DNA of 24,000 bases from Helicobacter saguini. GTDB taxonomy: Bacteria > Campylobacterota > Campylobacteria > Campylobacterales > Helicobacteraceae. The translations under genes and the position numbers were made by a program. Positions 7,711-14,497 of the stretch are shown here, piece after piece (the stretch's first letter is position 1; each line of letters starts with the position of its first letter). The notes under the pieces are model-generated. The model worked only from the letters and a program-made list of their open reading frames with translations, did no database searches and was not told the DNA's origin. The stretch covers positions 164,626 through 188,625 of the forward strand of contig NZ_JRMP02000005.1 of NCBI RefSeq assembly GCF_000762875.2, written 5' to 3'.

Positions 7711-8936
7711 ACAAAAATCCTTTCTTTATGCTCTTTAAATGTTGTTTTTTTATCTGTTTTACCGCTATTAAATGGAGTGAAATCCACTTCAAAAAGCCTA
7801 ATTTTACCAAAAGTTTGCAGAATCTCTTTAATATCATTTTCTTTTAATATTGCGTTGCTTCGCGTGTTTGCAGATTCTGTGTTATTATAAGTAACGATTA
7901 TAAATTTGCTAATTTTTGCTAGATTTTGTATTAAATCTTTGAAAGTATTTTTTGCTTCTTTTGTGCAGTATTTGCTTAAGTTTTGTGGCTTTGGTTTTTT
8001 TGCTACGCCAAAAAGTTGTGGCTTATTATTTAAAGTTAGCGTTTCTAAAAAGTGATAGAATCTGCTATATTGCCTTGAATTATACGGCGGGTCTAAAAAG
8101 GCTATGTCTATTTTAGATTCCAAAATTTCACGCGCCAAAATATTAGAATCTTCCCTAAAAATTTCTATTTTTTTATCACTTTTAAGTGGCTTTATAAGCT
8201 CAAAATTAAAACGATTTTTAAGTGCCACATTTTTACGAAAGGCATCATAATGCCCAACCGTATTTGCAATTTTATCAACGCTATAAAGCAAACTTGCAAG
8301 TAAAATGTAAAACTCTTTTTGATTAATACTTTTAGATTCTAATCTCATATCCAAATCATCGCGAATAAAGCCTATCATTCTAGAATCTAGTTTGCTAAAA
8401 AACTTATTTCCAAAGTGCAGTTCGTAGTAATTAGATTCTACATTTTTATCTAATGAGCTAGATTCTAAAAGCCTAAAATACATTGAGTTATACTCATTTT
8501 TTATAGAATCTAGCTTATTAAAATCAAAACTCTCTTGCCAAAAAAACGCCTTATAAATCACAAAATTTGAATGCAAAAAATCATTAATATAGATTCTATC
8601 AAAAGCCTTATTTTGCAATATCATTTCGCTAACCACGCCACTCCCAGCAAACACATCAAAAAAGCTAAGTTTTTTGCAATCTTTTTTGCCCTTTTTCACA
8701 CATTCATTTTTAGAATCTAAAGTGCCTTTAGAATCTTTTTTGCAATCTCTCCCACATTTGTTCTTAGAATCTAAAGCGACATTTTTAAAATCTAATTTAA
8801 TATTTATAGAATCTTTTATAATGTTAGAATCTAAAGCAACATTTTTAGATTCTAAAACAGATTTAATAACAAAATTTATAGAATCTAAAAGCCTACTTTT
8901 ATTCCCTAGAAATCGCCTATTTGCTAGATTAAACAC
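7692..8936 (-). CDS. D12-class N6-adenine DNA methyltransferase with a motif-derived insertion of roughly 60 aa near the N-terminus
   Basis: Contains RRFLGNKSRLL, FDVFAGSGVVS (motif I) and FLDPPYNSRQYSRFYHFLE (motif IV). The low-complexity stretch between the first two motifs is encoded at about 8670-8858. Confidence 0.8.
   Translation of the reverse strand: MFNLANRRFLGNKSRLLDSINFVIKSVLESKNVALDSNIIKDSINIKLDFKNVALDSKNKCGRDCKKDSKGTLDSKNECVKKGKKDCKKLSFFDVFAGSGVVSEMILQNKAFDRIYINDFLHSNFVIYKAFFWQESFDFNKLDSIKNEYNSMYFRLLESSSLDKNVESNYYELHFGNKFFSKLDSRMIGFIRDDLDMRLESKSINQKEFYILLASLLYSVDKIANTVGHYDAFRKNVALKNRFNFELIKPLKSDKKIEIFREDSNILAREILESKIDIAFLDPPYNSRQYSRFYHFLETLTLNNKPQLFGVAKKPKPQNLSKYCTKEAKNTFKDLIQNLAKISKFIIVTYNNTESANTRSNAILKENDIKEILQTFGKIRLFEVDFTPFNSGKTDKKTTFKEHKERIFVCQISH
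8712..8886. repeat. Cluster of 7 AGAWTCT motifs with internal direct repeats (TAGAATCTAAAGCRACATTTTTA occurs twice) inside the methyltransferase gene
   Basis: Counted by eye. The peptide KNVALDS is encoded twice. Confidence 0.75.
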
Positions 8937-8948
8937 AGCTAAAAAACC

Positions 8949-9779
8949 CTAAAACTCAATCACTTGTGGTTTTATATCTACGTCATGAGATGCAAATGAT
9001 TTTATACAATTAGAATCTTTACTCATTTTAGCTATCCATTCTAGCGATTTATAGGCGAGATTTTTATCTAGGGCAGTGCCTGGGGCTATCATTTCTTTCC
9101 ATGATTTAGTCGCATATCCACCATCAAAATATAGCAAAATATATTTAGATTCTATAAAAATTACCGCCGCAAACATCCCATTTGTATGCCCAGGGATATT
9201 CACCAAAATAAGACTGCCATCACCAAAAAAATCCCTACTTTTCCCCACAGGACCAAAGCCATTTTCTTCAAAGCTAAAAGTCTCAATATCCACGTCATCC
9301 CACATACTAGGCACATATCTATACGCATATTTACGCGTATCATTTAGCTCGATGTCGCTACATAGAATCTGCCTTGCCCCACGCACACTTTTTAGCCCGC
9401 TAGTATGGTCACTATGCAAGTGTGAAAGTAGCAAATAATCAATATCGCTTTGACGTACCCCTAAAGATTCTAACTGCTCTATTATAGCCTCGCCACTTGG
9501 CACGTAGGCTTTATTTAGCATATAGTGCATAAGCCCTAAATGGCGGATTTGCGCGAGTGCGTCATACTTTCCATTTGGAGAATTTTCCCTACCCCAGCCT
9601 GTATCAAAAAGTATCAATCCCTTTTTATGCTCTAGTAAAAATGCAAAAACAGGTAACCAAACTTGATATTTTTTCGCGCGAAATAACCCTGTGTAGCTAA
9701 ATGGATGGCTAGATTCATTACTAAAAGGAAGCGAAATATCCACTCTTACTTCCCCACATTTTAAAATATGTAGTTTCAT
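8949..9779 (-). CDS. MBL-fold metallo-hydrolase (AHL-lactonase-like subfamily)
   Basis: Contains HLHSDHTSG (HxHxDH), NIPGHTNG and FASHD. GGAG RBS present. The start lies 4 nt after the upstream gene's stop, and the stop lies 12 nt before the methyltransferase start. Confidence 0.75.
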   Translation of the reverse strand: MKLHILKCGEVRVDISLPFSNESSHPFSYTGLFRAKKYQVWLPVFAFLLEHKKGLILFDTGWGRENSPNGKYDALAQIRHLGLMHYMLNKAYVPSGEAIIEQLESLGVRQSDIDYLLLSHLHSDHTSGLKSVRGARQILCSDIELNDTRKYAYRYVPSMWDDVDIETFSFEENGFGPVGKSRDFFGDGSLILVNIPGHTNGMFAAVIFIESKYILLYFDGGYATKSWKEMIAPGTALDKNLAYKSLEWIAKMSKDSNCIKSFASHDVDIKPQVIEF

Positions 9780-9783
9780 TTTT

Positions 9784-10566
9784 TTACTCCATTATGTCCT
9801 GATACTCATATTTTTCATTCATCTGTAAGGCGGAAGTGGCATCACAGGCACTCTTGCATTCATTACTAAAGTTAGAATCTACACTCAAAATTATATCGCC
9901 CTTAACTCGAGTCACATTGACCCTGCAAATATTGCTCCTATCAAATCGCTCACCCGGGCTAAACTCAAGTAGCCCTTGCGTATCATTAGTAAAGCTAAAT
10001 CGCATATAATTATCATAGCATCCATCTTCCCCACTTATACCAAAATAAGCCGCCTTGCAAGATTCTATCGAACACGCGATGGTGATTGTGCCTTTATATT
10101 GCGGAGTTTGCGGATTTTGCGGATTTTGTGACGTTGGTGAATTTTGCGGATTTTGCGGCTTAGTAAGGGCATACACGCCCTCCCAGTTATAAGTCTCACA
10201 CAGGATTTTTGGTGCGATATTTTCGATATAGCCGCTACATTTTAGCAATTTTAGCGGGTCTTGCAAATCATAAATGCGTTCATCTAGCATTCTTTCCGCG
10301 CATTGCTTACTTGTTTCTACCGCCTTTCGCACACTTCGTGGCTTACTACAGGTGAAAAGCTGGTCTTTGAAAGCCTTTTCATTCTCATAAAGGGCGCGTT
10401 TTTGGCTCTTATTTAGGCTTAATTTTGCTTTTTCATAAGCCTTTTTTTCATCATCATAATACTCTTTTAAATACCAATCACCACAATTATATGAAATGTT
10501 AGAATCTGTGCAATTTGCGGCATTTAGCAGGTTTATCATTGCTATTAGTAAGAGTATTCTTAGCAT
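9784..10566 (-). CDS. Secreted cysteine-rich protein with an N-terminal DUF1311/LprI-like domain and a PQN repeat
   Basis: Signal peptide MLRILLLIAMINLLNAANC. Spacing of the C....C...Y..AEK..Y...L...L......L...E.AF......C........C...R...L type. Contains PQNPQNSPTSQNPQNPQTPQ. Confidence 0.45.
   Translation of the reverse strand: MLRILLLIAMINLLNAANCTDSNISYNCGDWYLKEYYDDEKKAYEKAKLSLNKSQKRALYENEKAFKDQLFTCSKPRSVRKAVETSKQCAERMLDERIYDLQDPLKLLKCSGYIENIAPKILCETYNWEGVYALTKPQNPQNSPTSQNPQNPQTPQYKGTITIACSIESCKAAYFGISGEDGCYDNYMRFSFTNDTQGLLEFSPGERFDRSNICRVNVTRVKGDIILSVDSNFSNECKSACDATSALQMNEKYEYQDIME
10107..10160. repeat. Imperfect 9-bp tandem repeat (TTTGCGGAT-like, 6 units) encoding the Q-N-P repeat
   Basis: Read directly: tttgcggat tttgcggat tttgtgacg ttggtgaat tttgcggat tttgcggct. 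Confidence 0.7.
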
Positions 10567-10668
10567 TTTTTACCTTTGAAATTTTAGAAATTATAGCTTA
10601 GATTCTATGGATTTTTGGAATGTTTTTTGGTAGAATTATGAAATGTGGAAGCCGAGCTAGTATCTAAG

Positions 10669-11259
10669 TTATTCGCGGTCTTTGAACCTGCAGGGGTAAC
10701 GGCTTTTTAAGCTTACTACGCCTTCCGCATTTTGAAAGGCTTTTGAATCTACATTTAATATTCCATTTTCTTTATATTGTGTTTTTAATGATAGTTCGTT
10801 TTTCTTGTTGCTTATCACTACGACTACGATGTGGTAGCCATTAATTTGTTTGCCTAAGGTGATTGCTTTTTGATTATCTCTTGTGCGTGTGATGGCAAAC
10901 ATTTCTGCGTCATTTATGATTAAATCAATCGTTTTGAAATCGTTTAAATCAATGGGCGGCTGTCCCCTAAATTGTGCGTGTTTAGAATCTGCTCCGTGTT
11001 GTTTTAGCACGTGTAGCATCGCACTCCCACTCATTGTAATTTTAATAGGCTTTGTTGAATCTAGATTCAGTGCTTTTATTAATTGCATATTTTCTAAGTT
11101 TCCTATCCAAAGTTTAGAATCTAATCTAATTGCTTCTTTTAGTAAATCATCGCTTAATTCATCTTTCCTTGCCAAACGCAAAGTCTTGCTTTTGTCTAAT
11201 AAACTTTTAGAATCTAATTTAGAATCTTTTTTGCAATCTGTTTTACAATCTTCGCTCAA
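10669..11259 (-). CDS. Hypothetical protein, possibly a barnase/EndoU/colicin-E5/RelE-like (PBECR-type) nuclease domain
   Basis: 196 aa. The pattern MLHVLKQHG....H...........DF..I..II.....A......N.....LGK.INGYHIVVVVIS...NELSLKTQY is recalled as PBECR-like. The tracked start is a TTG. The N-terminal 20 aa are motif-derived (DCKKDSKLDSK). Confidence 0.35.
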   Translation of the reverse strand: MSEDCKTDCKKDSKLDSKSLLDKSKTLRLARKDELSDDLLKEAIRLDSKLWIGNLENMQLIKALNLDSTKPIKITMSGSAMLHVLKQHGADSKHAQFRGQPPIDLNDFKTIDLIINDAEMFAITRTRDNQKAITLGKQINGYHIVVVVISNKKNELSLKTQYKENGILNVDSKAFQNAEGVVSLKSRYPCRFKDRE

Positions 11260-11324
11260 ATCCTGCCCTTAAATCTTAGAATCTAAACTTAGATTCTAAC
11301 ATTTTTAGAGTCTGTTTATAGAAT

Positions 11325-12389
11325 CTATTTTATAGAATCTAGCGCTGCTAGTGCGTTTAAACTACGCGGATAGCCAACATAAGGGATTAACGCCGTGATA
11401 ACAGCGATTAGCTTTTCTCTATCATTTCCCATATTTAGATTGCCCTGAATGTGTGCTTTTACCTGCGAATCCGCCCCGCCAAAACTAAGCAAATACACAA
11501 ATGTTAATAGCTCTCTAAACTGCAAAGATAGCACACCACGCGTATAATAATCCCCAAAGCAATTGCTACTTAAAAACTCGCGGATATGCTTTATATCGTT
11601 TGGTGCGGCAGCGTTTCCTTTATCGATTGCCTCGCCAAAAATCTCTCTTTGTGCGTTTAAGCCTAACTCGCGGCGATTTTCCCTTGTCGTTGTGCCTTGC
11701 GGTTTTAGCGGGACTTTTATGCCATTTTGTTTAAAAATCTCATTGCAAGTTGTGATAAAATCAAGGGTTCTAGGTAGCCCGATATAAGGCGTGGCTTGAT
11801 AAATCATCTCTTTTATTTCTTCTGGTGTCGTTTTAATATTTAGTGCGCCTTTTAGAAAAAAGCCAAATTCGCTTAGGCTGTGAGATGCGATAAGACTTGC
11901 AAGCGTGATTAGCACGCGTTCATTTTGGGTTAGAATCTTGCTTTTTTCATACACCTCATCAAAGGCGAAATTGACATAATTTGTAAAAAACTCTGGGTCG
12001 CTCTTTTTAAGTGGCGTATCCACGCTTTTAAAAAGCTTTTTGAAATTATTTTCCGCATTTTTGGTAAGTTTCATTATTTGCTCCTTGTTTGTGGTTTTAG
12101 AATCTTTTTGACGATTTTGCGTGTTAGATTCTATGATTTTAGAATCTAGGGTGTTAGATTCTTTAAGTTTAGAATCTTTTACGTTTTTAGATTCTATAAT
12201 GTTAGAATCTTTTGCCATATTTTTAGAATCTAGTTTAGAATCTTTATAATTTTTCGTGTGATTTTGTGTGTTAGATTCTATAAAATGTTTAGAATCTTTA
12301 CTAGTTTCCCCAAATGTTTTAGTGCCACTAAATGCCAAAACACCGCTAATTAAAGCCGATTTTTTGATAAAATCCCTACGATTTTTCAT
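11325..12389 (-). CDS. Tat-exported carboxymuconolactone decarboxylase (CMD/AhpD-like) family protein with a long motif-built linker
   Basis: Twin-arginine signal MKNRRDFIKKSALISGVLAFSG. CMD-like repeats follow: ERVLITLASLIASHS...EIKEMIYQATPYIGLPR and RELLTFVYLLSFGGADSQVKAHI...LIAVITALIPYVGYPR. Confidence 0.75.
   Translation of the reverse strand: MKNRRDFIKKSALISGVLAFSGTKTFGETSKDSKHFIESNTQNHTKNYKDSKLDSKNMAKDSNIIESKNVKDSKLKESNTLDSKIIESNTQNRQKDSKTTNKEQIMKLTKNAENNFKKLFKSVDTPLKKSDPEFFTNYVNFAFDEVYEKSKILTQNERVLITLASLIASHSLSEFGFFLKGALNIKTTPEEIKEMIYQATPYIGLPRTLDFITTCNEIFKQNGIKVPLKPQGTTTRENRRELGLNAQREIFGEAIDKGNAAAPNDIKHIREFLSSNCFGDYYTRGVLSLQFRELLTFVYLLSFGGADSQVKAHIQGNLNMGNDREKLIAVITALIPYVGYPRSLNALAALDSIK
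12099..12297. repeat. Densest AGAWTCT cluster in the window (11 copies in about 200 bp), encoding the linker between the Tat signal and the CMD domain
   Basis: Counted by eye. Translated as KDSKHFIESN...KDSKLDSKN..KDSNIIESKNVKDSKLKESNTLDSKIIESN. Confidence 0.8.
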
Positions 12390-12414
12390 AATATATCCTT
12401 AAAATTTAGAATCC

Positions 12415-12454
12415 AAAATGCAATTATAAAAGATGATACTTACTCTAAGTCAAG
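12415..12454 (-). promoter_or_regulatory. Sigma70-like promoter cassette, copy 2 of the 40-bp duplicated element, driving the CMD-family gene
   Basis: TTGACT at 12448-12453, a 19-nt spacer and TATAAT at 12423-12428 on the minus strand. The downstream leader and RBS (TAAGGA) also resemble copy 1. Confidence 0.5.
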
Positions 12455-12458
12455 CCTT

Positions 12459-14294
12459 TCACAAATTTATAGAATCTTTTATCATTTCTTTCATTTTTTT
12501 GCGTTGTTTTATCTTGCGATAGTTAAAAATTAGTGTGAAAATATGCAGTGGATTTTGGTAGATTTTGACTAGATTTTCACATAATTTATATTCGTAGCTT
12601 TGCGTTATTTCGCAACTTTCAAGGCTTTTAGATTCTATAATATTTTTATTGCGAAAATAAATTTTTGCCAAGCTAATAGGCAGTAAAATGCTAGATTTCA
12701 CGCCCTTTAGGCGACTTAAAAAAATTGCTTGATAGAATCTAAATGGCAAGGTTTTGCTCACATTTTCAAAGCCCTTAATCACGCTAGAATACAGCATTTC
12801 CTTGCAATTTTGGCTATCACTAAGCAAATTAGATTCCAAAGAATAAAGCCCTAAATCATGGCTACTTGGATAATACACAAAGGTTTTTGAATTAGCCGCA
12901 ATCAAGTCAAAAAGCCCAGAGCGAATGCCGCGAACTTGCGTTACGTGCGAGCTTAAAGCCACCGCATCACGCAAGGTTAAATCCACATTTATCGCATTTT
13001 TGTGCGTATAAATTTTTTGCGTGGAATTTACAAAAACCACATAACCTTTTTGGGATAAAAGCTCAATTTCAGCCTCAAAAATGCAAGGCAAAATGCTACT
13101 AATGCTATTTGCCTGCGGGAGATAAAAAATGCAACTTTTTACTAGAAAAGATTCTATAAATTGATTAGAATCTTGCTTTATTGTAGATTTTTTGTTATCA
13201 TTTTTGGCGTTAGTTTCTACAATATTGTCGGGTGGGTCGTGCGGCGCACCCTTAGGATACTGAGTAGATTCTACTGCATCTGCTTTATCCGCACGAAAGC
13301 TTAAAGATGTAGGATTTATTAGCTCCAAAGTGTAGATTTTATTATTTCCTTTACGCATTTCAAATGTCGTTATTTTAGCTATTGTTTTTTTATTATTTAT
13401 TATTAGTTCACATTCAAATCGCAAGGTGCTAGAGATTTCTCTGCGATTTTTCGTATCTGTGTGTGTTTGGACTAAGTGCGCATTTTCAAAAAGATTTTGT
13501 ATATTTTTTATAGCCTTAAAATGCTCATCTTTGCTAAATCCATTTGCAATGCTTTTGTTTGTGGCTTTTTGTGATTGCATTTTGTTTGCTTCTTTTGATG
13601 AGATTCTAGCGATTAATCCTGTTTGTTTGTTTTTTATATCTTTATTGAGTATTGTTTTAAAAAAAACTTTTATGTTACTACGCAGTTTTTCAAAGGTTTC
13701 ATTATCCTGTGTTTGCAAAGTTAAAAGATTTTTAGAATCTTGTAGTTTAGATTCTATAATTTTTAAGGTTTTAGAATCTAAATTTAACCTTTTTGGTTTT
13801 GACATTTTAGAATCTAGCGAGAGTTTAAAAATAGCCTGAAACAATGCTAAATACGAGCTTTGCAAGGTCTCCCTCATACAATCCATTCGCTTTAAATGAT
13901 GGAAATGAAAGGGCAAGATTTTACCTTTTTGTGGGCTTAAAACACATTTAGATTCTATAACTTTCCCTATTTTCCAACGCCGCAAATTATTAGCAATAAT
14001 ATAATTTTTTATATCAAAAAGTTCGGCTATCACACCTTGATTTTTTTGTAAAATTAGCGTGATTTTAGAATCTTTAGAATCTAAATTAGAATCTAAAATA
14101 CTGCTAGATTCCATATTTTTAGAATCTTTAACTCCCAAATTAAAATCCAAATTAGATTCCAAAAACGCCCCCAAAGCCCTAAAATACGCACAAATAAAAT
14201 ATGTATCCCCTAGCCCAGCAGGACATAAAATATAATATGTATTAGAATCTAAATTCCCCACAATTTCTTCTACACTAAAAGTTCTAGATTCCAT
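12459..14294 (-). CDS. Large hypothetical protein, apparently chimeric: GT-B/heptosyltransferase-like N- and C-terminal halves interrupted by an unrelated module of about 185 aa
   Basis: The N-terminus YYILCPAGLGDTYFICAYFRAL resembles the GT9 IGD motif. The C-terminal half DLTLRDAVALSSHVTQVRGIRSGLFDLIA resembles the GT9 donor-binding region. The middle (aa about 190-375) matches neither half. Confidence 0.35.
   Translation of the reverse strand: MESRTFSVEEIVGNLDSNTYYILCPAGLGDTYFICAYFRALGAFLESNLDFNLGVKDSKNMESSSILDSNLDSKDSKITLILQKNQGVIAELFDIKNYIIANNLRRWKIGKVIESKCVLSPQKGKILPFHFHHLKRMDCMRETLQSSYLALFQAIFKLSLDSKMSKPKRLNLDSKTLKIIESKLQDSKNLLTLQTQDNETFEKLRSNIKVFFKTILNKDIKNKQTGLIARISSKEANKMQSQKATNKSIANGFSKDEHFKAIKNIQNLFENAHLVQTHTDTKNRREISSTLRFECELIINNKKTIAKITTFEMRKGNNKIYTLELINPTSLSFRADKADAVESTQYPKGAPHDPPDNIVETNAKNDNKKSTIKQDSNQFIESFLVKSCIFYLPQANSISSILPCIFEAEIELLSQKGYVVFVNSTQKIYTHKNAINVDLTLRDAVALSSHVTQVRGIRSGLFDLIAANSKTFVYYPSSHDLGLYSLESNLLSDSQNCKEMLYSSVIKGFENVSKTLPFRFYQAIFLSRLKGVKSSILLPISLAKIYFRNKNIIESKSLESCEITQSYEYKLCENLVKIYQNPLHIFTLIFNYRKIKQRKKMKEMIKDSINL
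14067..14127. repeat. Tandem-like AGAATCT cluster (4 copies in 61 bp) in the 5' part of the 611-aa ORF
   Basis: Sequence ttagaatctttagaatctaaattagaatctaaa, with one more copy at 14121. Encodes ILDSNLDSKDSK. Confidence 0.75.
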
Positions 14295-14497
14295 AACTTT
14301 ACCCTATCTATAAATAAACATTAAAAATGCAATTTTACTTAAATATTGATATTTTTCTTTAATATATTAAGTCTTGCATATATAATGGGCAATATTTACA
14401 CACTTAGTTTTGATTATCTAGTCCCTTTTGTTAAATAATGTTAAGTTAAAGTAAAATTTCTATATAATTCCATAAAGATTTGTGTAAGGAAGATTCT

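Noticed and set aside
8949-9779. The MBL-fold protein as a beta-CASP-type nuclease component of the R-M operon
   Set aside because: Its size (276 aa) and motif spacing fit small lactonase/hydrolase-type MBL proteins, and no beta-CASP insertion is visible. Operon membership is kept only as an open question.
14480-14497. Upstream non-ATG or extended starts given by the ORF track (14480, 4794, 18154, 18430, 20447)
   Set aside because: In each case a downstream ATG has a well-placed AAGGA/GGAG-type RBS and gives a proper N-terminus (signal peptide, lipobox or TM helix). The extension would include the RBS itself.
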